A stretch of 32,000 nucleotides of DNA, from the NCBI RefSeq assembly GCF_000341395.1, contig NC_020304.1:420001-452000 (forward strand). The letters run 5' to 3'. This stretch comes from Desulfocapsa sulfexigens DSM 10523 (lineage in GTDB: Bacteria > Desulfobacterota > Desulfobulbia > Desulfobulbales > Desulfocapsaceae). Below are positions 17,041 to 26,414 of this stretch, piece after piece (position 1 is the stretch's first letter; the number at the start of each line of letters is the position of its first letter). Both the position numbers and the translations under genes were made by a program. Under the pieces are notes generated by a model. It made no database searches and was not told where the DNA came from. It saw only the letters and a program-made list of their open reading frames with translations.

Positions 17041-18270
17041 ATGACAGCTCTTCCCACAATGCAGGTATCTGTGCCAATGAATCATCATGACAAGGCTGAT
17101 TTTCCCTTAGACAAAGAGCTCCTGCAACAAAAGATTCTCCTCTCACTCAGCAGTAACCCCGGTGACTCCACGGTGCAGTGCCGTTGCCTGCAACCCCTTC
17201 TTGAAAGTATGAAAAAAGAAGCCTGCGAGCTCATACTTTACAATCTTGTGCAACTGAACTTTACCCGGGATAATGCCTGTAAACATTGGGATGCCATTGT
17301 CAAACATGCCGAAACAATGCAAAACATTCTGAACCGCAAGGTAGGCCTGGCCACTGCCGCCTGTGACTATTTCAGTACCGTAGAGCCATACCTCAACAAC
17401 CCCAAACTCATAGAATTCAAGCGCTACGAAGAAACTCTCAAGTCAGCCCGCCATGACTTCCTTACAGGATTACTGAGTCGAGGGGCATTTCAGGATTTAT
17501 TTGACCAGGAAATGTCGCGAGCCACACGACACAACCACAATACAACCCTTATTTTTCTCGATCTGGACAATTTCAAAGAGACAAATGACCTCCATGGTCA
17601 CCTTGCAGGAGACAGTGTCCTCAGGCAGGTTGGCGAAATAATCATCAATTCAAAGCGTAAAGAAGATCTCGCTTGCCGCTTTGGCGGGGACGAATTTGTA
17701 ATCCTGCTTCCGGAAACAAATAAATTCATGGGATTGCTGGTGGGAAAAAAGCTTCTGGATCAGATTAATACTCTGGTTATTCACCATGGGGAAGAGGACA
17801 TTTCCGTTACCTGTAGTGGTGGCCTGGCCTCTTTCCCTCTGGACAGTCGCAACGGGAAAGAGCTGCTTTTCTGTGCAGATCGTGCCCTCTATCAGGCGAA
17901 AAGTCGTGGCAAACATGAACTCAACCTCTTTGCAGAAGAAAAAAGAGTCTTCACAAGAATTCATTTTGAACAGGATATCACCATACGACCATTGGGAAAC
18001 AGCAAAGAGGACGGAACCAGCAAATCAAAAAATCTCAGCGAATGTGGCATTCTTATTTCCAGCAGCAGTAGCTATCACATCGGAACACTGCTGGAATTAA
18101 CAATCCCCATACAGAAAAATTCAATTCTGACAATAACTGGTTCTGTGGTACGGGTGGAACAGTTCGACACCGACCTCTTTGACATAGGACTCAGCTTCCT
18201 CCAACATGATTCCAACAGTGATACCACCAAGGCTATTGCTGACCATATCATACAACAACTTGCGCAGTAA
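17041..18270 (+). CDS. Diguanylate cyclase (GGDEF with I-site) fused to a C-terminal PilZ domain
   Basis: GGDEF at 17683-17697. I-site RKED at 17656-17667 has the same spacing as the I-site as I recall it from PleD (RxxD-x3-Rx-GGDEF). PilZ motifs are RVFTR (17944-17958) and NLSECG (18031-18048). The N-terminal ~145 aa are an unassigned helical domain. Confidence 0.9.
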   Translation: MTALPTMQVSVPMNHHDKADFPLDKELLQQKILLSLSSNPGDSTVQCRCLQPLLESMKKEACELILYNLVQLNFTRDNACKHWDAIVKHAETMQNILNRKVGLATAACDYFSTVEPYLNNPKLIEFKRYEETLKSARHDFLTGLLSRGAFQDLFDQEMSRATRHNHNTTLIFLDLDNFKETNDLHGHLAGDSVLRQVGEIIINSKRKEDLACRFGGDEFVILLPETNKFMGLLVGKKLLDQINTLVIHHGEEDISVTCSGGLASFPLDSRNGKELLFCADRALYQAKSRGKHELNLFAEEKRVFTRIHFEQDITIRPLGNSKEDGTSKSKNLSECGILISSSSSYHIGTLLELTIPIQKNSILTITGSVVRVEQFDTDLFDIGLSFLQHDSNSDTTKAIADHIIQQLAQ

Positions 18271-18302
18271 CCGCTACTGTCACCTTAACCGAAAAGGCTA
18301 CT

Positions 18303-20474
18303 GTGAATACTCAAGAACTCAGCCAGGCACAGAAAAAAGAAACAAAACAACTGACCGAACTTCTTGCATTCATTTATCTCGCTCTCAAGAACATCCAGAT
18401 CTATCCGGCTGGACATTCACTTGTCAAAAACAGGCTTATAATTGCCCACCAGCATCTCAGCAGGCTCCTTGGCACCAGAAACACAATACTCTTTGGTGTT
18501 GCGAGAAATGTCATCACCTTTAATGAACGCCCCATTGGAGAGGACTCGCAGGCATGCTCTGCACTGGCTAAAATTCTGAGCAGCCATGAAATCGCCTCGT
18601 TCAGTTTCTCCCACGGCATCAGCAAGCATTCTCTCCTGCAGTTTCTTAAAACCGTGGGAGTACTGCCGGAACAGAATCAGTCGGGAAAAACTCTGGGGCA
18701 GGAACTCTCCACGCTCAACCTTTCCCATATCAATGTGGAGTTCATCAATTACAATTACCTGGATCGCAGCAGCAAAAAAGATTCCGGCACAGATACAGGC
18801 GAGCCGCTAACCTGGCTTTCTTTTACCCGGAAATTAACAAGTGGAGTCCTTGGCTATTCTGAAAACGATGAAGAAACCAATTCTGGCAACAGGAGTCCAT
18901 CCCCGGAAGCTCTGGCTGCCGCCATAAACAGACATGCTGCAAGACAACCGGAAATTATAATGCAGTTTGCCACCCTTCTCGACCAAACGTTGAAGGACCT
19001 CCCACAGGAGCAATCTTCTCCAGCATCCTTTGGTGGCCGGGAACTCGATCAGATTCTGGTATCACTCAACCCGAAGATTCGCGAACAATTCATCAATACA
19101 ACTCTTGAACGCTGTGATCAGAATATACGGAGCGGCACCCCCGAAAAGATACTGGAATCATTTTCTAACTCCGTTGTACTGGAAATGGTTCAACAAATAA
19201 ACAAGAAGAATGTCCGCGTCTCTCCTGCGTTAATTAACCTTGTCAGGAAAATTTCCACTATACGATCCACTCCAGGATCTACAACATCTGCAGCAACTGC
19301 CCGGCAAAAAAACGTCAGCAATCTCCTGAACCCGGAAAGCTACAATAAACATGTCGGTTCAGACTACCACGACACACTGCAGCATCTGGCAAAGTCTTCA
19401 CCATCACCGGATATTCTTCCGGAAGCTTTCCCCCTGGATCAACACCTGGAAAGCCTGAGCGAAGATCACTTAAACAGACAAATTGTCCGTGTGACACTTC
19501 TCCTGATGGAACAGACTGTAAATGAAAAAGAATATGAGGCACTCGCCGCAAGACTGATGGAAACATGTTTGGTGCTTCCCGACACAGGAACCTATGAGCT
19601 TCTGGTGACAACAGCCAAAACGCTACAGCAGCAGGCAACGGCAAAAGGAGAGCCCCTCATCAGAAAGACTGCCGGAAAATGCCTTGAGCAACTCACAGCA
19701 CTCGACTTTCTTGACTACATTTATTCAATTCTACCCGAGGCAACTGAGCAGGAAAGAGAAAATGCAATAGAGTTGTTCAAACTCTTCTGCCCCGGTATCA
19801 TTGACAAACTCCTCAAAATATTCTGTATGAAACCAATGATATCCGAGGAAGATCCGCTGGTCCCCATATTCAGGACCTTCAGACTGGATGCACTTAAACA
19901 GATTTTTACCCTGCTCCCCAAAACAACCACCAGCAACATGCGTAAACTCCTGACCCTTGTCGGCTATCTCGGTCTTCAGGGAACAGTCCGCCTCCTCCAC
20001 CCATTTCTGGATAATGAAGATCCGGATATCCGTATGCAGGTTCTCAACCTCCTCCTCCCCATAAATGACAACGAAGCAATCGCCACCCTTATTGCCATGC
20101 TGAAATCGGAAAACGAACACACTATAAATACGGCAATAGAGCTTTGCACTACCCACAATCCACCCGCCTGTGTCCCGAGTCTTCTGAATCTCCTTGAATA
20201 CCAGTTTGTCAAACAGGCAAGTATTGAAAGAAACCGAAAACTCTTCATGATACTCAGTCACATCGGTGATGCCAGGGCTTTGCCATGCCTGGAAAAAATT
20301 GCTTTCACAAAATGGCTCTTCCATAGAGAACAGATAACAAACATGAAACGAATCCTCTTTTATTCTTTGAAAGGCTATAAGAATAAGGATAGAATGGAAC
20401 TGGTGAAGAAGGGAATGCAAATAGACGATACTGAGATCCATAAAATATGTGAGGCACTTCTCCCTGTCCAATAG
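18303..20474 (+). CDS. 723-aa protein of unknown function: N-terminal domain paralogous to that of the downstream HD-GYP protein, C-terminal HEAT/armadillo-like repeats
   Basis: GTG start with SD AAAGG ~7 nt upstream. HEAT-like repeats in the C-terminal third (LLHPFLDNEDPDIRMQVLNLLLPINDNEAIATLIAMLKSENEHTINTAIEL). No catalytic motif recognised. Gaps of 32 nt and 17 nt to the flanking genes. Confidence 0.7.
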   Translation: MNTQELSQAQKKETKQLTELLAFIYLALKNIQIYPAGHSLVKNRLIIAHQHLSRLLGTRNTILFGVARNVITFNERPIGEDSQACSALAKILSSHEIASFSFSHGISKHSLLQFLKTVGVLPEQNQSGKTLGQELSTLNLSHINVEFINYNYLDRSSKKDSGTDTGEPLTWLSFTRKLTSGVLGYSENDEETNSGNRSPSPEALAAAINRHAARQPEIIMQFATLLDQTLKDLPQEQSSPASFGGRELDQILVSLNPKIREQFINTTLERCDQNIRSGTPEKILESFSNSVVLEMVQQINKKNVRVSPALINLVRKISTIRSTPGSTTSAATARQKNVSNLLNPESYNKHVGSDYHDTLQHLAKSSPSPDILPEAFPLDQHLESLSEDHLNRQIVRVTLLLMEQTVNEKEYEALAARLMETCLVLPDTGTYELLVTTAKTLQQQATAKGEPLIRKTAGKCLEQLTALDFLDYIYSILPEATEQERENAIELFKLFCPGIIDKLLKIFCMKPMISEEDPLVPIFRTFRLDALKQIFTLLPKTTTSNMRKLLTLVGYLGLQGTVRLLHPFLDNEDPDIRMQVLNLLLPINDNEAIATLIAMLKSENEHTINTAIELCTTHNPPACVPSLLNLLEYQFVKQASIERNRKLFMILSHIGDARALPCLEKIAFTKWLFHREQITNMKRILFYSLKGYKNKDRMELVKKGMQIDDTEIHKICEALLPVQ

Positions 20475-20491
20475 AGCCTTCAGGAAGAGCC

Positions 20492-21703
20492 ATGATACCT
20501 CTTGGAATCAAGAAGCAAAACAGATCCCAGCAGCAGATCTTCAACACACTGTATCTGCTGAGGATAGTCATCAGCAACACCCGCCTCTACTCCCCCGATC
20601 ATCCAAAAACCATCGAAATGATCGCCGAGGCATACAGAAGCCTCAACAAGACCCTGCAGACCACCAGAGAACTCACTCTCCTGATTATTGACAATGATAT
20701 TATTATTAACGACAAAGCCATTCGTCCTGAAGAAGCTGATTATTTTGCTCTTTTTATCACAGTTCTCAAGCAGAAAGAGATCAGCCACATTGTTTTCAGA
20801 AAAGGAATTACCCTCAAGGAACTGAGCCGCTTTCTCTTCGATCTTGCATCCTCTGCAGGGAAAACCGTATACACCAGCCCTACTATCAGCTCGGGTAAAC
20901 TGGGACTGGTTGAAGATCACAGAAGTAGCTTATCACCAGGCGACCCGCTCTTAGCAACAAACAACCTGGCCAAGCCAGGGGATGAACCCCTGAATCTCAT
21001 CGCAAAATTAAAATCCCTCTCAAACGAACAGTTGGTTCTGGCCCAGGAACTCTACTTCTCCATCAGAAAAAAACAGGATTGCGACCTACGCGGAGTACAG
21101 GACAGCATATCTAACTTTGTGAAGCTTTTTTCAAGAAATCTCAATCCGCTTTCTTTGCTCACCACTCTGAAAACAAGCGATGAATATACGTTCACCCATG
21201 TAATCAATGTTTGTATTCTGACTTTGGCCCAGGCAGAATCGCTGGGATTTACCGATCAGCATCTGTATGACATAGGAATCACCGCCACCCTCTATGATAT
21301 TGGAAAGACCTTTGTCGCTGAAGAAATTCTGAATAAACCGGGGAATTTGGACATTGAGGAGCAGAAACTTGTAAAAGCACATGCAGTAAAAGGTGCAGGA
21401 TATTTACTCAACCTTAATGATGCCCCTAAACTGGCTGTACTGGCTGCCCTTGAGCACCATATCCGTTTTGATGGTGGCGGCTATCCTGCTATCGGCAAAA
21501 CCTGGACCCCGAATATTGTAAGCCAAATGATCGCAATTGCTGACACCTATGATGCCATGCGATGTAGCAGACCCTACCGTAAAGCAAGCTCAGAAAAACT
21601 CATCCGTAACCTTCTGGTGAAAGAAAAAGGATTGAGCTTCCATCCTTTCCTCGTTGATAATTTTATCTCCATTATCTCGAAAAATCAGGTCCTTCCAAAA
21701 TAA
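20492..21703 (+). CDS. HD-GYP domain c-di-GMP phosphodiesterase
   Basis: HD block HVINV (His codon 21197-21199) ... LYDIGK. HHIRFDGGGYP at 21455-21487. IADTYDAMRCSRPYRK. SD AGGAAGAG upstream. Confidence 0.9.
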   Translation: MIPLGIKKQNRSQQQIFNTLYLLRIVISNTRLYSPDHPKTIEMIAEAYRSLNKTLQTTRELTLLIIDNDIIINDKAIRPEEADYFALFITVLKQKEISHIVFRKGITLKELSRFLFDLASSAGKTVYTSPTISSGKLGLVEDHRSSLSPGDPLLATNNLAKPGDEPLNLIAKLKSLSNEQLVLAQELYFSIRKKQDCDLRGVQDSISNFVKLFSRNLNPLSLLTTLKTSDEYTFTHVINVCILTLAQAESLGFTDQHLYDIGITATLYDIGKTFVAEEILNKPGNLDIEEQKLVKAHAVKGAGYLLNLNDAPKLAVLAALEHHIRFDGGGYPAIGKTWTPNIVSQMIAIADTYDAMRCSRPYRKASSEKLIRNLLVKEKGLSFHPFLVDNFISIISKNQVLPK

Positions 21704-21793
21704 GTTACGAAAGAGTTAGTTGATAAAATCTCGCCTGCAAACACTCTCTCTTTCTGTTCACCGAAGAGTACATTTAGCAAACAGAAATTTTGT

Positions 21794-22843
21794 TTATTTT
21801 TTTTCTTTTTTCGATCGCTGATACTTCTTCACCGCCCGGTTATGTTCTCGAAGATTTTTTGAAAAGATATGACTGCCTTCATTGTTTGAAACGAAATAGA
21901 AGAAATTACTCTCGGTGGGATGCAAAACAGCATTCAGGGCTTCTTTACCCGGATTACAGATGGGGCCAATTGGCAAGCGTTTCAGAGTATAGGTGTTGTA
22001 TGGAGAGGGGGTCTGCAGATCTTTGCGACTAAGTGTACCTGAAAAATCTTTAATCCCGTATATAACGGTAGGATCCGACTGCATACGCATGCTTTTTTTC
22101 AGCCGATTAAAGAAGACACCTGCAATAAGAGGACGTTCCGAGGCCTTGGCTGCCTCTTTTTCCACCATGGAAGCCAGAATAAGAACTTCATAGGGAGAAA
22201 GTTCCAGGGGAGCAGTTGTCTTGATATCATTCCAGACAGTAAAGAAATGACGAACCTGCATGCGGAGAAGGTCTTCTGCTGTCTGCTCTTTTCTGGTGAG
22301 GTAGTAGGTATCCGGGAAAAGATATCCTTCTAGACTTTTGTGCGGCTCAAGTCCCAAACTCTTTATAAAATCGGAGTCATTTGCCAGGCGAATAAATTCC
22401 TCCGCGTCACACCAGCCTCCACCTGCAAAGGCAGCTGCGGTCTCGGCAATGGTCAAGCCCTCCGGAATCGTAACGACATGTTGAATGGGTTTTGCTGAAG
22501 CGAGCTCCCTTAGTAACTCCGAGGGAGTCTGACCACGGTGCAGTGCAAATTCACCAGCCTGGAGTCTCGCTGCAATCCCGAGATAACGGGCAAGTACAGG
22601 AAAACGGACATCATTCTGGACAAGACCTGCCTGCGCCAGAATCCGATTTATTTCCACTACGGAGGATCCGGGAGGGACAACAACAACCTCCGTTTCGCTT
22701 TGGTCTCCTGGCGCAGCCTGATTTGCAAAATAGAGAAACCAGCCTCCAATCCCCCCCAGAACTGCAAAAAGAAAAAGGATCGCCACAAGAGCGATCCTTT
22801 TTCCTGTAAAACGGCCACAGGACCTCTGGTCATTGCTTTCCAT
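21794..22843 (-). CDS. mltG: Endolytic murein transglycosylase MltG (YceG-like)
   Basis: N-terminal TM anchor. Blocks LQAGEFAL, TIPEGLTI, EGYLFPDTYY, ILASMVEKEA, FFNRLKKSMRMQSDPTVIYG, SPYNTYTLKRLPIGPICNPG. It starts 7 nt after the lon stop. Confidence 0.9.
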   Translation of the reverse strand: MESNDQRSCGRFTGKRIALVAILFLFAVLGGIGGWFLYFANQAAPGDQSETEVVVVPPGSSVVEINRILAQAGLVQNDVRFPVLARYLGIAARLQAGEFALHRGQTPSELLRELASAKPIQHVVTIPEGLTIAETAAAFAGGGWCDAEEFIRLANDSDFIKSLGLEPHKSLEGYLFPDTYYLTRKEQTAEDLLRMQVRHFFTVWNDIKTTAPLELSPYEVLILASMVEKEAAKASERPLIAGVFFNRLKKSMRMQSDPTVIYGIKDFSGTLSRKDLQTPSPYNTYTLKRLPIGPICNPGKEALNAVLHPTESNFFYFVSNNEGSHIFSKNLREHNRAVKKYQRSKKEKK

Positions 22844-22850
22844 CGTCCTA

Positions 22851-25256
22851 CTACGGTTTTTTTATTTCCTTCTTCTTTACTGTCCTGTTAAAAGCGATTT
22901 CCACAACCTCGTCCATATTTTTGACTGGGTAGAATGTCATGGTTTTACGAATTTCAGCTGGAATCTCAGCCAGGTCCTTCTCGTTCTGTGCAGGTATTAT
23001 AACCTTGTTAAGACCTGCCCTGACGGCAGCCAGAGCTTTTTCCTTTAACCCGCCAATGGGTAAGACACGTCCACGAAGAGTAACTTCTCCGGTCATAGCG
23101 AGCTTCCTGAGCACCTTCTTTCCGGTAACAGCAGAATAGATGGCCGTGGCCATGGTAATGCCCGCCGAAGGTCCGTCTTTGGGAATAGCCCCCGCCGGGA
23201 CATGCACGTGAATATCGTGTTTTTCAAAATAATCTTCTTCGATTCCAAGATCATCACAACGACTTCTGCAATAGGTCAAGGCAGCCTGTACCGACTCTTT
23301 CATCACATCACCAAGCTGCCCGGTGAGAATCATCTTGCCCTTCCCTGGCATGAGATTGACCTCGATCGTCAGGATCTCACCACCTACTTCTGTCCAGGCA
23401 AGACCGGTAACAAGCCCCGGCTGACGCAAAGCTTCAAGCTCAGACTCTGGAATAATTTTTGGAGGCCCGAGATACCGATCCAGAGTGTTACGACTGATAG
23501 CATATGGCCCCTTACCACCCTCAGCAATCTTTCGGGCCACCTTCCGGCAGATTTTACCGATTTCCCGTTCAAGATTTCGCAGCCCCGCCTCATGGGTGTA
23601 GTGACTGATGATATACTCAATAGCCGTATCGGCAAAACGCAGATGCCGGGGCTGAATACCATTTTCGGTAATCTGACGAGGCAGCAGATACTTTCTTGCA
23701 ATAACCGCCTTTTCTTCAAGCGTATAGCCGGAGAGGCGAATAATTTCCATCCTGTCGAGCAGTGGCCCGGGGATGGTATCAGATCTGTTTGCCGTGGTAA
23801 TAAACATAACCTTGGAGAGATCGAAGGGCATATTCATGTAGTGATCTGAAAACTCAAAATTCTGTTCCGGGTCAAGTACTTCCAGAAGAGCAGAGGAAGG
23901 ATCGCCCCTATAATCAGATCCGATCTTGTCAATCTCATCCATCATGAAGACAGGGTTATTGGAGTTTACTGTTTTTAATCCCTGTAAAATCCGGCCGGGC
24001 ATCGCACCTATATAAGTACGGCGATGACCGCGAATCTCGGCTTCATCACGCATGCCTCCCAAAGAGAGACGATAAAACTTGCGTCCCATGGCTCTGGCAA
24101 CAGATTTTCCAAGCGATGTTTTCCCCACACCGGGAGGACCGACAAAACAGAGAATTGGTCCCTTGGTTTCGGTGTTGAGTTTTCGTACCGCAAGATATTC
24201 GAGAATCCGCTCCTTAATCTTTTCGAGACCGAAATGATCATCGTCGAGCACCTCTTTGGCAGCCTTGAGATCAAGCCTGTCTTTAGTCCCCTTTTTCCAG
24301 GGAACATCAAGAATCCAATCAATATAGGTACGAATAATTGTTGCTTCAGAAGAATCGGGATGCATCATCTCCATGCGGCTGACCTGTTTTTTGGCCTCCT
24401 TACGCACGGGTTTCGGCATTTTGGTTTTTTTGATCTTACGCAGCAGATCATCAATCTCCTGGCCACGTTCATCTCCATCACCAAGTTCTTTCTGCAGAGC
24501 GTGAAGTTGCTCCCGCAGATAATACTCGCGTTGGGATTTGCTCATCTCCTCCTTGGCATCGGACTGGATCTTTGCCTGTACCGTCGAAACCTCAAGTTCC
24601 TTGGCAAGCAGATCATTCACAAGCTTTAAACGTTTAATAGGGTCAGCTTCTTCAAGGATGGCTTGAGATTCAGTTATTTTCAGACGCAGATTTGAACCGA
24701 CAAGGTCAGCCAAACGCCCCGGCTCCTCGATGTTATTAATGATCATCATCAGGTCGGCGGAAAGAATCCCACGGAGTGACATGATCTTTTCCGTCTGTTC
24801 ACGTACGGTACGCATCAGCGCTTCAGTGGCCACATCCGTCTCTCCAATCTCAGCTTCGACGATTGGTTTGATCTTCACGAGACAGTAGGGCTCGGTCTTT
24901 ACATATTTTTTAACTTTTGCCTTGGAAACAGCCTGAACAAGAACTTTTAATCTGCCATCCGGAAGCTTCAGGGTGCGCATGACCATGCAGACCATTCCTA
25001 CGGTGTAGAGATCCTCTGGTTCGGGGTTGTCACGAGTCGCATCTTTCTGAGTGAGCAGCATAAGCAGCTTATCACCAGCAAGAGCTGCGTTGACAGCCTC
25101 AACGGAACTTGGACGCCCTACAAAGAGGGGGATGATCATATAATTAAAAACAACAACATCCCGAACAGCCATCATCGGCAATTCGTCAGGAATAACCATA
25201 TCCTCATGGTCAGTAAAATCATCCATACCTATGGATAAAGAATCGTTAAAATCCAC
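22851..25256 (-). CDS. lon: ATP-dependent Lon protease (LonA type)
   Basis: LON N-domain, AAA+ Walker [10 protein letters not shown], Walker B FMMDEIDK, and S16 protease block [14 protein letters not shown] with the catalytic Ser. GTG start at 25256, supported by a strong SD GGAGG 5 nt upstream. Confidence 0.95.
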   Translation of the reverse strand: MDFNDSLSIGMDDFTDHEDMVIPDELPMMAVRDVVVFNYMIIPLFVGRPSSVEAVNAALAGDKLLMLLTQKDATRDNPEPEDLYTVGMVCMVMRTLKLPDGRLKVLVQAVSKAKVKKYVKTEPYCLVKIKPIVEAEIGETDVATEALMRTVREQTEKIMSLRGILSADLMMIINNIEEPGRLADLVGSNLRLKITESQAILEEADPIKRLKLVNDLLAKELEVSTVQAKIQSDAKEEMSKSQREYYLREQLHALQKELGDGDERGQEIDDLLRKIKKTKMPKPVRKEAKKQVSRMEMMHPDSSEATIIRTYIDWILDVPWKKGTKDRLDLKAAKEVLDDDHFGLEKIKERILEYLAVRKLNTETKGPILCFVGPPGVGKTSLGKSVARAMGRKFYRLSLGGMRDEAEIRGHRRTYIGAMPGRILQGLKTVNSNNPVFMMDEIDKIGSDYRGDPSSALLEVLDPEQNFEFSDHYMNMPFDLSKVMFITTANRSDTIPGPLLDRMEIIRLSGYTLEEKAVIARKYLLPRQITENGIQPRHLRFADTAIEYIISHYTHEAGLRNLEREIGKICRKVARKIAEGGKGPYAISRNTLDRYLGPPKIIPESELEALRQPGLVTGLAWTEVGGEILTIEVNLMPGKGKMILTGQLGDVMKESVQAALTYCRSRCDDLGIEEDYFEKHDIHVHVPAGAIPKDGPSAGITMATAIYSAVTGKKVLRKLAMTGEVTLRGRVLPIGGLKEKALAAVRAGLNKVIIPAQNEKDLAEIPAEIRKTMTFYPVKNMDEVVEIAFNRTVKKKEIKKP

Positions 25257-25470
25257 AAAAACCTCCTCTATTCAAAAACAGAAAAAAACCTGCAGCAATC
25301 GTAATTTGTCACAGAAACGTAAACACGGTCTATATTGAAGTCAAGCCAGCAATCACTCCCATATCTTCTTCCTTCATTTTTTCTTGTATATTTTACTCTT
25401 TTCCTCCATACTGCCACTCCCATCTACATCCAATTATATATGCCAGAGCATTTTTCACCGAGAGAAAAGA

Positions 25471-26271
25471 ATGTTATCGACAAAATCCTTTTTTGACCTT
25501 TGCGAATTCCCCCATACTGCTCTTTTTGATAATGACAAACCAGTATGGGAGGCACTGAACAGCTTAAAGAAATATATGGATGAACATCAGTACCCCGAAC
25601 TCGATGCCAAACTCATTCCGGATGGCATCCCTCTTCCCTTTCCCGTTATTTGTCACGAGGGACACTGCTTCCCTACTGACGGGTTTACAGTCGAGTACGG
25701 GGACACCACCAGGGGCAAGCTCAGGGTTACCAAAGGTGATGAAGAACTGACAGGTGCAGCACTAATTATGGCAGGTGCTATTCTTATTGGCGGTAAAATT
25801 GATATTGCCAAGGGGGTTCTTATTGAAGGAGGAGCCCTGATCAAATCACCGGCCATCATAGGTGACTGCACAGAAGTACGCCAGGGAGCATATCTTCGCG
25901 GCTACTGCCTTACCGGGAAAAGATCTGTTGTGGGTCATACCACTGAAGTAAAACATACGATTTTCCTCAATGATGCCAAAGCCGGTCATTTTGCCTACCT
26001 TGGAGACTCTATTCTCGGCCGGAACGCTAATCTTGGTGCTGGAACAAAATTTGCCAACCTCAAATTTCTGGGTGGCAATGTCTCTATCCGTACGGAAAAT
26101 GGATTAGTGGACACCGGACGACGTAAATTTGGTGCCATCTTGGGCGATGAGGCCCAAACTGGCTGTAACTCGGTCACCAATCCAGGCACTATAATCGGAA
26201 AGGGAGGAATCCTTATGCCCAACACCACAGCCCCTTCCGGATACCATTCCCCCCGAACTATTATTCGCTGA
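25471..26271 (+). CDS. Left-handed beta-helix (hexapeptide-repeat) acyltransferase resembling the GlmU C-terminal domain
   Basis: Hexapeptide repeats. The block KAGHFAYLGDSILGRNANLGAGTKFAN resembles the GlmU acetyltransferase core. I see no nucleotidyltransferase domain. I prefer the ATG at 25471 over the TTG at 25384. Confidence 0.7.
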   Translation: MLSTKSFFDLCEFPHTALFDNDKPVWEALNSLKKYMDEHQYPELDAKLIPDGIPLPFPVICHEGHCFPTDGFTVEYGDTTRGKLRVTKGDEELTGAALIMAGAILIGGKIDIAKGVLIEGGALIKSPAIIGDCTEVRQGAYLRGYCLTGKRSVVGHTTEVKHTIFLNDAKAGHFAYLGDSILGRNANLGAGTKFANLKFLGGNVSIRTENGLVDTGRRKFGAILGDEAQTGCNSVTNPGTIIGKGGILMPNTTAPSGYHSPRTIIR

Positions 26272-26323
26272 TCCTTGAGGCCACCAAGAAAAAACTTATT
26301 TTTATTCACTTCACTGTTTTTCC

Positions 26324-26351
26324 CTTGATTTTGTGCATATTACCATTATAG
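26324..26351 (+). promoter_or_regulatory. Candidate sigma70 promoter for the NifX-like/MinD-ferredoxin cluster
   Basis: TTGATT (26324-26329), 16-nt spacer, TATAGT (26346-26351). It lies ~65 nt upstream of the ATG at 26415 and overlaps the first copy of a TTTTGTGCATA direct repeat. Confidence 0.3.
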
Positions 26352-26414
26352 TTTTTTTGTGCATAGGCACGCAACGGATCTGTTTTTCGGATTTTAAAAT
26401 CTCAGGAGGCATCA

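Noticed and set aside
19731-20471. 246-aa antisense ORF inside the HEAT-like gene. The same applies to 29538-30128, 23202-23849, 24024-24629, 12802-13410, 13930-14352, 11587-11991, 9776-10180 and 1454-1945.
   Set aside because: Each lies entirely within, and antisense to or out of frame with, a gene carrying strong family motifs. Their translations are low-complexity or Cys/Arg/Ser-rich, show no motifs and have no SD. These are typical shadow ORFs.
21704-21793. Bidirectional terminator between the convergent HD-GYP and mltG genes
   Set aside because: Only weak 5-bp AT-rich stems are present, and the T-run belongs to the mltG coding sequence (Lys codons on the minus strand).
25257-25470. Heat-shock control elements (CIRCE or a sigma32 promoter) upstream of lon
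   Set aside because: There is no TTAGCACTC-N9-GAGTGCTAA-like inverted repeat. A CTTGACTT motif on the minus strand lacks a convincing CCCCAT-type -10 element at the right spacing.
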